Notes: generated from the letters alone by a model not told the origin. Positions 29,131 through 39,163 are shown, counted from the stretch's first letter. The stretch is DNA of 64,000 bases from Candidatus Micrarchaeia archaeon (GCA_038881595.1 JAVZPM010000001.1:211562-275561), one strand, 5' to 3'. Made by a program: numbers and translations.

Positions 29131-29805
29131 TCATTCCTCTATTTTCTCATCAAATGGACCTAAAACAAATTTCTTTTTGGCAACCTGCTTTTTTTCTTTC
29201 ATTTCTTTTTCTCTTGATAATCTCTTTAGAGTTTCAAATGAATTTTTCAATTCATTTATCTCGTTTTTTAAGTTTTTTACTTCCTCTGTAAGCAGTGATA
29301 CAGGATCCACTTTCTTTTCTTTGTTAGCATCAATGTTTAGTTTTATTTCTTTTGCTATTTCTTCTGCATTTAATATGCCAGGTAAGTAAAACGTTTCATT
29401 TCCATGTATTTTGAGTACACTTATCTTAAATAGCTTATCTACCGCTGCTAAGTTATCCTCATCACAATGTGCATCTTTTAGTTCTGTATATGGGATGAAT
29501 CTTTCTTTTGTAAATATTATTCCATCTGTTATTTTAATGCCTTTCTCCTCTAAAATTATTCTTTTTCTTTTTACGATAAATGTATAAAATAGAAAAGCAC
29601 CCATTCCAGCTATTACAAAAGTGATTATAAATAAAGTGAGAATAACTATAGAATTAGTTTGTCCCTTTGATAGCTCTATATTTAGATTAATAGATTCGAG
29701 TAAAGAAAGAACTAAATATACTACTCCCCAAAAAACAGTCAAAACAACAAGAACTTTAGTTAAAAGCGAAAATAAATATTCTTTTGAAGTATTTATTTCT
29801 TTCAT
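29131..29805 (-). CDS. Membrane protein with bacterial-type PH (bPH_2/YdbT-like) domain and C-terminal coiled coil, 224 aa
   Basis: Two N-terminal TM helices are followed by KRIILEEKGIKITDGIIFTKERFIPYTELKD (bPH pattern), then a Lys/Glu coiled coil. Confidence 0.4.
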   Translation of the reverse strand: MKEINTSKEYLFSLLTKVLVVLTVFWGVVYLVLSLLESINLNIELSKGQTNSIVILTLFIITFVIAGMGAFLFYTFIVKRKRIILEEKGIKITDGIIFTKERFIPYTELKDAHCDEDNLAAVDKLFKISVLKIHGNETFYLPGILNAEEIAKEIKLNIDANKEKKVDPVSLLTEEVKNLKNEINELKNSFETLKRLSREKEMKEKKQVAKKKFVLGPFDEKIEE

Positions 29806-30437
29806 TCTCCCCCTTCTTTTATTTTATTATAATGAACATTATTGAATTCATAGATGTCCTTTTCATCAGACATCCATTTTTCTATCAACTCTTCCTTTTT
29901 TCCATTTATCATTTCACTTCCAGTTGGATCTATAAAATACCATTCATCTTTGAATTTAAAAGATACAGCTACCTTTGTCCCATCATTTATTCCAACTACA
30001 ACATAACTGTCATAATTGTCAAGTGCTATCAAGATAGAGCAGAGGAAAATAGCCTTGTCCATCGGATCTCCGCCTCTTAGCTTAATAATGTCTTTTGGCA
30101 TTAGCCAGAAATCAATAGGAGTTCTTATTGTTCTTATTCTTCTTATGTATTCATGAGCTTCTTTTGCTGCTGCAATAAAGTCTCTTTCATAAATATAGGG
30201 CTTGAATTTGGATTTTATTTCCTCACTAATCCTTTTTACCTCTTCATCTCTTGGGTTTATCATTGCTTTTAAATCTGCTATCGTTTTCGTTTCGCTTTGT
30301 TCTATTGTTGATCTATATCTGTCTATTATTAGCTCAAGAAGCTTTATCCTATCTTTAAGTATGTTTATTTCGTTTCTTCTTTCAACAAACTCTTCTTTTT
30401 TTGATATAGATTTGAATTCATCAACCATATAACTCAA
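29802..30437 (-). CDS. Hypothetical protein with degenerate transglutaminase-like core, 211 aa
   Basis: GDPMDKAIFLCSILIALD....VVVGINDGTKVAVSF...WYFIDPTG has the spacing of the G.C.D...A.LR...HAW...DPT core, but with Cys replaced by Pro and no His, so it is probably non-catalytic. An N-terminal coiled coil precedes it. Confidence 0.35.
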   Translation of the reverse strand: MSYMVDEFKSISKKEEFVERRNEINILKDRIKLLELIIDRYRSTIEQSETKTIADLKAMINPRDEEVKRISEEIKSKFKPYIYERDFIAAAKEAHEYIRRIRTIRTPIDFWLMPKDIIKLRGGDPMDKAIFLCSILIALDNYDSYVVVGINDGTKVAVSFKFKDEWYFIDPTGSEMINGKKEELIEKWMSDEKDIYEFNNVHYNKIKEGGE

Positions 30438-30547
30438 TTTATTCTATGATTGTGAATATTAAAAATCTATCTTTTTATACATTTCTAAAAATAATTTAGA
30501 ATGGTTGCTTTATTAATTGCGTTTTGCCTATCTGTATATAAAATCTA

Positions 30548-31423
30548 TTATACTCCAAGAGTTACTCTTAAGAGATTTCTTATTCCAGGTGCAAGACCGA
30601 ATATAATTATTAGAAGGTATAGAAAATATCTTTCGTTTTCATTTTCAGCCTCTCTTTCTATAATTAAAGATGCAAAAATAGCAAAGAGAACTTTTATGAA
30701 TAGATAGATTATTGTTCCGTAAACAATGATTTCGCTAAAGAACCTCTCTACTACATGCTGACCAAAATAACAGATTCCTTTTTCTGTGCAAAGAGGGGAG
30801 AATCTATTGAAGATCTCTATGGCAACAAAGCTTGAAACACCATCAAGAGTATGAGCTGCAACTGCGATTCTTGGAAGTATTTTATTTAATTTATATCTTT
30901 CCATTATAAGATGAGAAAACACCATAATCATTCCTGAAAGAGCCAGTATAGTTATTAGATAAGTAGGATCTTGAATCATACTTAATACGATAATTAAGTG
31001 AGGAAGACACAACAATATACCTATTGCAGGATAGATTTTAGGCTGTTTAAGTTTGATGCTTATATATAGCGAAAGTATTGTTATCAATCCTATAATTACA
31101 TATATCCCAGGTGTGGCTGTAAGAAAACCATAGTTATATATTCCACTTTCAAGAAATGGACCAAATAGCCAATAGAATTGATGTTCTTTCCAATCAATGC
31201 CTGCTTCTGTAGCATCTGTAATAACTCTAACAGTTGATCCCAATATTATGAATGGAATAGTATAGATAATAAGTTCCTTTGTAAAGTATTTTTTGAATTT
31301 CTTATATATTAAAAAAGCTGCCACTATCGCAATAATTGCATAAACAAAAGTATTAATGATATTATATCCAGTGTGTTCAATTATAGGATTAATGAAATAA
31401 TCTTGTATAAAATTATCTATCAT
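30548..31423 (-). CDS. Polytopic membrane protein (7-8 TM), family not recognised, 291 aa
   Basis: The hydrophobicity pattern is the only evidence. Confidence 0.4.
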   Translation of the reverse strand: MIDNFIQDYFINPIIEHTGYNIINTFVYAIIAIVAAFLIYKKFKKYFTKELIIYTIPFIILGSTVRVITDATEAGIDWKEHQFYWLFGPFLESGIYNYGFLTATPGIYVIIGLITILSLYISIKLKQPKIYPAIGILLCLPHLIIVLSMIQDPTYLITILALSGMIMVFSHLIMERYKLNKILPRIAVAAHTLDGVSSFVAIEIFNRFSPLCTEKGICYFGQHVVERFFSEIIVYGTIIYLFIKVLFAIFASLIIEREAENENERYFLYLLIIIFGLAPGIRNLLRVTLGV

Positions 31424-31450
31424 TTTACCACTAATTCTTGCTAATTTATT

Positions 31451-32230
31451 TTATATCCTTTTATACTCTATCCCATATTCGTTGCAGAATTCAATTATTT
31501 TTTTCCTTTGTTCTTGCTTTAATCCTTTCCAATCGATATATACATTTTCAACCTCTTCTGAACATCTTTCAAATGCTTGTGTAAATGTTGTATATTCAAG
31601 ATTGTCTACTGCGTAATTTGGGATGATGTGCGCAAATGCAATCTTTCCTTCTATCTGATGTTTGTTAAAAGCAGGACAGTAATGCCCGCCACCAACTCCC
31701 ACTGAGATCTCTTTAATTTCTATTCTTTCCATAAATTCTTCAAATTCATTTATTATCTCAGCTACAAACTCTGCATACTTCTCATTTTTCCATTCTTTTT
31801 CACTGCTTCCAATTTCAACAAAAGCGCACGGCCTCATACAAAGTGGACCATGATGATCAACTTCCATTGTTATATTCATATCAAGTTTAATTTGTTTATT
31901 TCTCTCATTAAGAAGTGTAATTAAAGTTTTCATTCTTACTGGATCGCTAAAAGAAATTTCTTTATCTTTTCCTCCCATCTCAGCCTTTCCCCAATTTCCA
32001 GGAACATGAACTGTAAAAGAAGGCTTTCCGCTTTCGCTTTTATGTTTGCTTGCAAATAAAATAAATTCATCCTCTATTTTTTTGACTAAATTATCTGAAT
32101 AGAGTAAGGATTCCTTAACCTCAGTTAAATTCTTTTCAGAAATATCTGTGTCTCCTTTTTCAATGATAGATCTTAGGCTTTTTGCTATATTAACTCCTGC
32201 TGGATCTGCTATTGAATACAGAATTTGCAT
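31451..32230 (-). CDS. dtdA: D-aminoacyl-tRNA deacylase, archaeal type (DtdA), 259 aa
   Basis: SIADPAGVNIA, SFTVHVPGNWG and MEVDHHGP correspond to the conserved DTD2 blocks (S..D.A..NI; .T.H.PGN; E.THHGP). Confidence 0.7.
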   Translation of the reverse strand: MQILYSIADPAGVNIAKSLRSIIEKGDTDISEKNLTEVKESLLYSDNLVKKIEDEFILFASKHKSESGKPSFTVHVPGNWGKAEMGGKDKEISFSDPVRMKTLITLLNERNKQIKLDMNITMEVDHHGPLCMRPCAFVEIGSSEKEWKNEKYAEFVAEIINEFEEFMERIEIKEISVGVGGGHYCPAFNKHQIEGKIAFAHIIPNYAVDNLEYTTFTQAFERCSEEVENVYIDWKGLKQEQRKKIIEFCNEYGIEYKRI

Positions 32231-32253
32231 TTTCCCATCTCGTTTTTATGCCG

Positions 32254-33060
32254 TTATACAAGAGAAACGCCAGCTAATATATAAATAATTAAGCCAATTA
32301 ATATGAATGGAAGAAACATAGGCATATCTAGGACAGGCCATTTCCTCCCTGTTTTGCTTAATATTTTTGCCTGCTTTTCGTCACTTAGTCTTTTTATTTT
32401 GTATTTTTCTATAATTTTTTTGTCCAACATTTCTACTGCAATTACATCTTCTGGTTCTATTTTTTTCTTCATAACCACCATTTCTTGTATTAACTGTTCT
32501 TTTGAAATTATAAAGAATATGGATTCAAAGAAAAGTATTCCTGAAACCAAAAGCAGCCAAGCAGGTAGGAATGGAAATATCATAAACATATAAATTAACA
32601 GAGCAAATGAAAATAAGAGCAATATAATCTGGAGTGATTGCCAGAGATTTATCTTTATCTTTCCTTCATTAAATCTCTTGATAATTTTTGGGAAATATTT
32701 TATCATAATCCATACTGAAGCAAGCACAGTAGCAATTGCAAGAACCATCAATGAGGAAGGAACAAATTGATTTTCGTCCAATGGAAATACAGGCAATGCA
32801 GAGTAGATCGCTGCCAGTGCTATAACGTCTGCACCACCAATCTGTCCATTAAGATATAATATGTAAAGCACAAGTATCAAGGGAATTGCAATTGGAAGGA
32901 ATTTTAAAAACAATGAATAATCAAATATATTCAAAAGTAATGAAATTCCAAGGAATAAATAAAGAAATAGCTCAGGTACATTCTTTTTATTGAAAATATC
33001 ATAATAAGCAGCAATTCCAGTTCCTACCAATGCAATTAATATCCTAATAAGTTCTATCAT
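32254..33060 (-). CDS. A24-family prepilin/preflagellin peptidase (PibD/FlaK/EppA-like), 268 aa
   Basis: There is a first catalytic Asp in the TM1 loop (AAYYDIFNKK) and a second in GQIGGADVIALAA (the GGxDxK/A motif). The protein is polytopic. It is the likely processing enzyme for the class-III-signal proteins at 2043-4114. Confidence 0.65.
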   Translation of the reverse strand: MIELIRILIALVGTGIAAYYDIFNKKNVPELFLYLFLGISLLLNIFDYSLFLKFLPIAIPLILVLYILYLNGQIGGADVIALAAIYSALPVFPLDENQFVPSSLMVLAIATVLASVWIMIKYFPKIIKRFNEGKIKINLWQSLQIILLLFSFALLIYMFMIFPFLPAWLLLVSGILFFESIFFIISKEQLIQEMVVMKKKIEPEDVIAVEMLDKKIIEKYKIKRLSDEKQAKILSKTGRKWPVLDMPMFLPFILIGLIIYILAGVSLV

Positions 33061-33158
33061 TTTTGCACCCTCAATCAGTTAATATCACTACTTGATTAGT
33101 ATTACTATTTTAATCTTATAATTCTATCTGCTACTTTAAACTTATAGTAAAGAGCAGT

Positions 33159-34277
33159 TTACCAGAAATCATCTAACCATTCGCTATGTATAGAAATTAC
33201 GTTTAGCTGCTTGCATGTAGCATTTGTCTTAAGGAGTGAAGATATACTCGGTTGTGTTCTTCCATCATCCCCACTTATGAATTCTTTAATATAAGTACCA
33301 GATTCAGATAGTATATGTAGTTTTATTGTATGGCTGTCAATCCATTCTGGTTTAAGCATCTTTATTCTTCTTTTCCTAATTAGATCAGATCTTCTTATAA
33401 GCACCCTTTTAGGTGTTCTTTGCATTAATAAAATACTTTTAGGTAATTTAGAAATTTCATTTTTATCAATGGGTTTTTCTAGATTCACTATTGCTTCATA
33501 TTCCTTGTCAAATTTAGCTCTTTTTATTATTTCTATCCATTCTTTATTGACTATTTTCTCAAACTTTACCTTTATTTTTCCTTTATTCATTTTATTTATA
33601 ATATTATTTATTCTTTCTATTTCCTTTTCATTCAATATTCTTTTCTTTGGATTAGTCACTTCTATTACAAAAGGTCTTCCCTCACCCAACATCAATACAT
33701 CTATATCTTCCCTTCCACTACCATGCAAAATTGCCTTACTTCTTTCAGTGCCAATCTCTTTTATCAAGATTCTCTCTATCAGTTCTTCAACAGATTCCTC
33801 TTTCGCACCTTCCTTCTTAGTTTGCCTTATTCCTCTTTGAAGCTTATTGTATTTTCCGTATAGATAAATAGAGGATATTTGCTTTGATATTCTGTCATTT
33901 TTAATATCATATATAATTCTTACATCAGGATCTGGACTGAATTTGTATTTTGTTTTCTTTTCTATTATCTTTCCCAATTCAGTGTTTAATTCAGGTTTTA
34001 TACTTTTCCATTTTCTAAAGTCAGTAAAATCCCAGATTTTTTCTTCTATAGCCTCTGATTCCTTCGGTATGCTCGTTCCTATGCTAAATGTCTGTATTCC
34101 TGGAATTGATTCTAGTTCTTTTATTATTTTATCTGCTATTTTATTTAAGTTCAGGAAACAACCATTGCAAAGTTTACATTCCTGTTCATTTTCTATAAAT
34201 TCAGAATCGACTTTAGAGAATCCGTTCCTGCTCCAGCATCTTTTACATACTTTAGGCATTACAAATTTTATCATCAT
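33159..34277 (-). CDS. pus10: tRNA pseudouridine(54/55) synthase Pus10, 372 aa
   Basis: An N-terminal Zn ribbon (CKRCWSRNG...CKLCNGC), a THUMP-like region and the catalytic LHGSGREDIDVLMLGEGRPFVIEV (GREDxDVRML...GRPF) are present. Confidence 0.75.
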   Translation of the reverse strand: MMIKFVMPKVCKRCWSRNGFSKVDSEFIENEQECKLCNGCFLNLNKIADKIIKELESIPGIQTFSIGTSIPKESEAIEEKIWDFTDFRKWKSIKPELNTELGKIIEKKTKYKFSPDPDVRIIYDIKNDRISKQISSIYLYGKYNKLQRGIRQTKKEGAKEESVEELIERILIKEIGTERSKAILHGSGREDIDVLMLGEGRPFVIEVTNPKKRILNEKEIERINNIINKMNKGKIKVKFEKIVNKEWIEIIKRAKFDKEYEAIVNLEKPIDKNEISKLPKSILLMQRTPKRVLIRRSDLIRKRRIKMLKPEWIDSHTIKLHILSESGTYIKEFISGDDGRTQPSISSLLKTNATCKQLNVISIHSEWLDDFW

Positions 34278-34344
34278 TATAAATTATTAAGATAAGTTTA
34301 AATTTTATTACTTACATATTATATTCTAAATATTAAGTGATTTT

Positions 34345-35901
34345 ATGCAAGAAATAAAAGAAGATAAAATATCAGAACACTGGGTTTCAGTATTGGTAAA
34401 AGAGATATTGTCATCCACTAAGCCACCATTTGTAGTTGCATCAGGCATAACCACCAGCGGACCTACGCATATAGGAACTGCAAGCGAATTCATATATCCA
34501 AACGCAATTGTGACATACTTCAAAAATAATGGTTATGATGTTCAATTCATATTCATCGGAGATATAATGGATGCGTTTGACTCAATTCCTAAACCGTTAG
34601 AAAAGTTCAAGGATGTTTTAGAGCCTCATTTAGGAAAGCCTCTTGTACATGTCCCGGATCCATTCGGCTGTCATGCCTCTTACGGAGATCATTTTCTTTC
34701 TGAAGCAGCAGATCTAATGAAGAGATTTAAGGTGAATCCGGAAATAGTGAGAAACAGTGATCTTTATGCAAAAGGACTTTATGATAAGTATGCAATAAAA
34801 TATCTGAATGAACGTGAGAAGGTTAGAGATGTGGTTTTTGAATCCTCTTTAAGAAAAAAAGAGGGGAAAGAATGGGAAAACTGGTCTCCTATAGCTCCAA
34901 TATGTGAAAAATGTGGAAAGATATCTACATGTACAGTTACTGGTTTCGATGGAGAATATTATTACTATAAATGCAATAAGGATGTTGAGTATACAAAGGG
35001 ATGTGGTCATGAGGGTAAGGCAAGAATAAGCGATCACCGATACAAGCTTGTTTGGAGAGTAGAATGGCCTTCAAGGCAGGATTTCCTTAATGTTACAATA
35101 GAAGGTTTTGGCAAGGATCATGCTACTAGAGGTGGGTCGGCAGATACTGCAAGGGAAATGCATGAAAAAATACTAGGTAGAAAGCCACCATTTTTCTATA
35201 GATTTGGCTTCTTCCTTCTAGGAGGAAAGAAATATTCTAAATCAAAAGGTATAGGTTTGGATGTTAATACCGTTCTAAAACTCATGCCTCCAGAAGTAAT
35301 CAAATATTTCATATACAGATCCGATTCACAAGAGGATAAGAACTTCGATCCTACAGGTCAGAACATGCTTCTTATATTTGAAGATTATGAATATGCAAGC
35401 ACTCTTTCACAACCAAAGGAAACACTTACCAGGGCAGATAGAAAGAAAAGAATCGCCTACGAGATAAGCGGTGAAAGAAAATGGAAGGCAAAATTCCTGG
35501 ACATTCTTCTTTACTATCAGATATATAGGGATTGGGAAAAAGTAAAGTCTCTTTTTAATGATCCAGAAGGAGTGGAATACATAAAACCATATATCGTTTA
35601 TTGGATAGAGAATGGGTATGTGCCAGAGGATTATTCATTTTCAATAAATCCGAAAAAGCCATCAGATATAAGAGGAATAAAAGAGTTTGCAGAAAGGCTT
35701 GATGATAAAATGGACCAACTCGCCATACATAATCTTGTTTTTGATACAGCTAAGTCTTTAGATATAGAGCCGAAGGAGTTCTTCAAGACGCTATATACTG
35801 CTTTAATCGGCAAGGACAGGGGCCCTAAGCTAGGAAAGCTTATTCATGCCATAGGTCCCAGTAAAGTAAAGAAGGTGTTGATGGAATTAGTAGGTCAATA
35901 G
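34345..35901 (+). CDS. lysK: Lysyl-tRNA synthetase, class I, 518 aa
   Basis: ASGITTSGPTHIGTASE (the HIGH region of class I LysRS), a Cys-rich insertion (CEKCGK..CNKD..C) and KYSKSKGIG (KMSKS) are present. Confidence 0.85.
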   Translation: MQEIKEDKISEHWVSVLVKEILSSTKPPFVVASGITTSGPTHIGTASEFIYPNAIVTYFKNNGYDVQFIFIGDIMDAFDSIPKPLEKFKDVLEPHLGKPLVHVPDPFGCHASYGDHFLSEAADLMKRFKVNPEIVRNSDLYAKGLYDKYAIKYLNEREKVRDVVFESSLRKKEGKEWENWSPIAPICEKCGKISTCTVTGFDGEYYYYKCNKDVEYTKGCGHEGKARISDHRYKLVWRVEWPSRQDFLNVTIEGFGKDHATRGGSADTAREMHEKILGRKPPFFYRFGFFLLGGKKYSKSKGIGLDVNTVLKLMPPEVIKYFIYRSDSQEDKNFDPTGQNMLLIFEDYEYASTLSQPKETLTRADRKKRIAYEISGERKWKAKFLDILLYYQIYRDWEKVKSLFNDPEGVEYIKPYIVYWIENGYVPEDYSFSINPKKPSDIRGIKEFAERLDDKMDQLAIHNLVFDTAKSLDIEPKEFFKTLYTALIGKDRGPKLGKLIHAIGPSKVKKVLMELVGQ

Positions 35902-35965
35902 TAAGTTAAGATTATCAAATGCCAATAGAATTAAATTGATAGATGTTTGATAGGTATTTTATTAT

Positions 35966-36745
35966 TTATTCTTTTAACATCGAATGAATCCTTTCCAATT
36001 CTTCTATCGTTAATGTGAACACTCTTCTTTTTTGTATACCAAGTTTTTCAGCCACCAAAATTAGTTTTGGATATTCATCCATTATCTCTTTTGCCTTTGC
36101 AGCTGCACCTAATGTTTTTTTCCTATGAGAAAAGAGTCGCTCTATGAATTTATCAAATTCAGGGTTATTTGTTTTTTCTCTTTTGAATAGCATAACAATT
36201 GCAGAGTCAACTTTAGGTACTGGTTTAAAGCTTCCTTTAGGAACTTTCTTTAGATATATTGGCTTGAAGTAATAGTTAGTCATTACGCTTAATCTTGACC
36301 AATCCTTTTCGCCTGGCTTTGCAATCATTCTGTCTACAAATTCCTTCTGGAGGCAGAGAATAGCCTTTTCAAAATTAAATTCCTTAAGCTTGAAAAGAAG
36401 TGGAGAAGATATAGAATATGGAACATTACTTATTATTAGATCTATCCTCTTTTGCTTTGATTCTTTTAGAATTTCATTTTCATCTAAATCTAAGAAGTCA
36501 GCTTCTATGACTGTAACATTCTTTTTTTTCTTGAATAAAAATTTAAGAGAATCTGCAAAGCTGAAATCTTTTTCAACAATAATAAGGTGCTTTGCGGTCT
36601 CTGCAACCAATCTGCTAAGGTTTCCAGTACCCCCCCCGATTTCAAGTACTACTTTTCCTTTTGGTTGCAGCATATCTACTTCGTATTTCAGCGTCTCTTC
36701 ATTTTCCAGCATATGCTGGCCAAAATGTTTTCTTTTATTGTACAT
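35966..36745 (-). CDS. ksgA: 16S rRNA (adenine1518/1519-N6)-dimethyltransferase KsgA/RsmA (Dim1), 259 aa
   Basis: GQHML, VLEIGGGTGNLS (SAM motif I) and ISNVPYSISSPLLFKL are diagnostic. Confidence 0.9.
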   Translation of the reverse strand: MYNKRKHFGQHMLENEETLKYEVDMLQPKGKVVLEIGGGTGNLSRLVAETAKHLIIVEKDFSFADSLKFLFKKKKNVTVIEADFLDLDENEILKESKQKRIDLIISNVPYSISSPLLFKLKEFNFEKAILCLQKEFVDRMIAKPGEKDWSRLSVMTNYYFKPIYLKKVPKGSFKPVPKVDSAIVMLFKREKTNNPEFDKFIERLFSHRKKTLGAAAKAKEIMDEYPKLILVAEKLGIQKRRVFTLTIEELERIHSMLKE

Positions 36746-36760
36746 CTTATCTACATTTTA

Positions 36761-37411
36761 TTAAAAAGAAACATTGTACGGCATTAACATTTTTGTAACT
36801 GCATAAAGAAAGATATATGAAATTAAAAGTACTAGTATTGGCCATACAATAATCATTAACGCTTTTATCCACGAAATATTGTTGCTATTCTTGACTATTG
36901 AAACTATACCATATATTCCATAAATAAAAACTAACAAATTCAATGAAGTAAGGTCTCTAATGATGGAAGAAATTATTGCTATAATTATTATCAAAATTAT
37001 TGCAACTGTAGAAAACATTAAAATAGAATTAGTTTGTTTTTCAAAGTCTGCTTTTACATCAAGAATTCTTGCAGATAACCATATAAATGAACTACTCGTT
37101 ACGATAGCTAACAATATGAAAAACACATAAAATAGAAGTACTAAAGCACCTATAGCAATACCAAAGATGTTAAAGGAAGGCAATAAAGATAAAGTTAAAA
37201 CAACTAAAAAAGACAAATAAATGAATAAATATGAATTTTTTATGGTCTGTTTTGTTTCATACGTGTATTCGGTTGACTTTGCAGGATTGGAAAACAGCTC
37301 TACCATATTTTTAAAGGAATAAATAAGGGAATCCTGCGAATCTTTATTTTTAACTTCTTCTCTCTTGATTTCCTTTATTTTAGTTCTCTTTTTTTCCATA
37401 AAATCACTCAA
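36761..37411 (-). CDS. Polytopic membrane protein (Yip1-like topology), 216 aa
   Basis: A charged N-terminus is followed by 5 TM helices. The family assignment is tentative. Confidence 0.4.
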   Translation of the reverse strand: MSDFMEKKRTKIKEIKREEVKNKDSQDSLIYSFKNMVELFSNPAKSTEYTYETKQTIKNSYLFIYLSFLVVLTLSLLPSFNIFGIAIGALVLLFYVFFILLAIVTSSSFIWLSARILDVKADFEKQTNSILMFSTVAIILIIIIAIISSIIRDLTSLNLLVFIYGIYGIVSIVKNSNNISWIKALMIIVWPILVLLISYIFLYAVTKMLMPYNVSF

Positions 37412-37426
37412 TAGTTTTTTATCTTC

Positions 37427-37999
37427 TTAGCGTCTTCTAAAATCACTTGTTGGTGGCATGGGTGGCTTAATAAATAAATAGTATCTTTCTTTGCCACTCA
37501 TCTCATTTATTATTCTTTCAGTAATCATTTCTACTGGATTAAGTAGATGTGGTACTCTTTTTGTAAGATCATCAAAACTTTCAAAAGGTTTAATTTCTCT
37601 TTCTTTGAGTATGTCTTCCAAATGTTTCTTTCCAATACCTGGAAGGAGTTCAAGCTGATGGAGTCTTATTGTTACTGGTCCGCATTTATTTATGAAATTT
37701 ATAAAATCACTTTCTCTGCTTTTAACTATTGTTCTTATTGCACTTTTCAGTTCATTTTTAGCAGCACCTGTAAGTTCAGAGTATTCAACTCTTCCTTTTA
37801 TTCTTTCTACTTCCTTTCTTTGATTCAAATCTTTTCCTACATATAGTTTACTATGAAGTTGAATTGGAACATTTCTTTTCACTATAACTTCCAGAAGTGT
37901 AAAGAATCTTTCACCAACTAGGTAAGCAACTGGTTCTCGTTTAATATCCGTTGGTTTACCTAGTGGTAAATAGTCTATTACAATTCCATAGTCTTCCAT
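37427..37999 (-). CDS. DUF655/COG1491 RNA-binding protein (OB + HhH), 190 aa
   Basis: MEDYGIVIDYLPLGKP...LLPGIGKKHLEDILKEREIKPFESFDDL has the helix-hairpin-helix. It is conserved next to rpoF and ksgA in archaea. Confidence 0.65.
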   Translation of the reverse strand: MEDYGIVIDYLPLGKPTDIKREPVAYLVGERFFTLLEVIVKRNVPIQLHSKLYVGKDLNQRKEVERIKGRVEYSELTGAAKNELKSAIRTIVKSRESDFINFINKCGPVTIRLHQLELLPGIGKKHLEDILKEREIKPFESFDDLTKRVPHLLNPVEMITERIINEMSGKERYYLFIKPPMPPTSDFRRR

Positions 38000-38012
38000 A
38001 AAAAATCACCAG

Positions 38013-38363
38013 TTATTGTTTCTGGTATTTTGAAACTATTTCTATTATCTTATTAATTTCGTCTTCTGTTAAAGAATAAGTTTCCTTTGAGAATATCTGT
38101 TCTATTTCTTCTTTCTTCTTTGGCATTAAATCTACAATCTTAACTGCTTTTGCTCTGTTTAGTTTTGCAACTTCACTCATTAATTCACTTATCATTTCCT
38201 CTGCAGTTTCTTTGCTTATTTTGGTCATTTTTTTTGCATATTCTAAAGTCTTTGCCTGTTCGAATCCCATTTCTATTTCACTAGGCATTTCTAGTATTTC
38301 TTTTACTTCAGCAAGCGTTACTTCTCTAATATCAAGGATTTTTTTACCTATCATTCTAATCAC
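38013..38363 (-). CDS. rpoF: RNA polymerase subunit F (Rpb4 homologue), 116 aa
   Basis: The size and helical pattern (LAEVKEILEM...AKTLEYAKKMTKISKETAEEMISEL) fit, as does the conserved position between DUF655 and rpl21e. Confidence 0.65.
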   Translation of the reverse strand: MIRMIGKKILDIREVTLAEVKEILEMPSEIEMGFEQAKTLEYAKKMTKISKETAEEMISELMSEVAKLNRAKAVKIVDLMPKKKEEIEQIFSKETYSLTEDEINKIIEIVSKYQKQ

Positions 38364-38373
38364 TTTTTATAGA

Positions 38374-38658
38374 TCAACATTCTCTTAGGTGGACAGCTGA
38401 AACTATAAATTTCTTTTTTATTCCCCCATCCTCTACTTCTACAACGTAAGCATTTCCCTGTTTTCCTTTAACTATACCAACACGACCAGCATATCTTGGA
38501 TGAGGAAAGTCTTCGAACTTGACATTTGGAACTAGTTGTACCTTTTTTCCTATCTCGATAGTTTTCAATTGATCAACTACAGTAACTTTTCTTTTAGTTG
38601 ATTTTCTTCCAAGCACTCTGCTTTTTCTGCTCATTCTTCCCTTAGATGCTTTGACCAT
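38374..38658 (-). CDS. rpl21e: Ribosomal protein L21e, about 94 aa (start at MVKASKG)
   Basis: MVKASKGRMSRKSRVLGRKSTKRKV...GKKVQLVPNVKFEDFPHPRYAGRVGIVKGKQGNAYVVEV matches L21e (..G.R.RTR....R; G..V.I.......PH.R..G..G.V). Confidence 0.8.
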   Translation of the reverse strand: MVKASKGRMSRKSRVLGRKSTKRKVTVVDQLKTIEIGKKVQLVPNVKFEDFPHPRYAGRVGIVKGKQGNAYVVEVEDGGIKKKFIVSAVHLREC

Positions 38659-38823
38659 ATTATCACTTCGATTCAAATTAAAATTTGTTACAATTAACTC
38701 TAGCTAAAATAAAACTGCATTAATAGATATAATATATGTAGGATAAGTTTAAAAATATACATATATCTAAATGGGATCTCAAACAATTTTTTTATATTTA
38801 AATAGGTTTAAATACCTTCCGAG

Positions 38824-38850
38824 GTATATAAATTTAAGTATTTAAAAAGG
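38824..38850 (+). promoter_or_regulatory. TATA-like promoter elements upstream of the TBP-repeat gene
   Basis: gtatataaatt and tatttaaaaagg lie 35-60 nt upstream of the ATG at 38885 in an otherwise gene-free 200-nt spacer. Confidence 0.35.
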
Positions 38851-38884
38851 CCGAGTTGTAATCGGGCTTTTAAAGGGTGTTTTA

Positions 38885-39163
38885 ATGACGAAAGATGTTA
38901 AGTTTAAGATTGAGAATATTGTAGCATCAGCAAATCTAGGAATCGAACTGGATCTTTATTCTCTTGGAAGAAAGGTTCCAAATATTGAATATGAGCCTGA
39001 ACAATTTCCTGGAGCAATTCTTAAACTTAGGGAACCAAAATCATCATTGCTTCTCTTCAAGAATGGAAAGATAATATGTACTGGTTGCAAGACAGAAAAA
39101 GAAGTAAAATTAGCAATCAGAAATGCAATGGCAATTCTTCAAAAAGCACAGAAGAAGAGATAA
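38885..39163 (+). CDS. Single-repeat TATA-box-binding protein (one TBP domain only), 92 aa
   Basis: IENIVASANLGIELDLYSLGRKVPNIEYEPEQFPGAILKLREPKSSLLLFKNGKIICTGCKTEKEVKLAIRNAMAIL aligns residue-for-residue with one TBP repeat (NIVAS.DLG..LDL..IA......EYNPE.FPG.I.R...PK...LIF.SGK.V.TGAKS.E). No second repeat lies upstream (200 nt of promoter) or downstream. Confidence 0.6.
   Translation: MTKDVKFKIENIVASANLGIELDLYSLGRKVPNIEYEPEQFPGAILKLREPKSSLLLFKNGKIICTGCKTEKEVKLAIRNAMAILQKAQKKR

Noticed and set aside
38677-38884. Possible structured ncRNA in the 200-nt spacer before the TBP-repeat gene
   Set aside because: Only weak 3-bp stems were found. The content is better explained as promoter and 5' leader (several TATA-like boxes).
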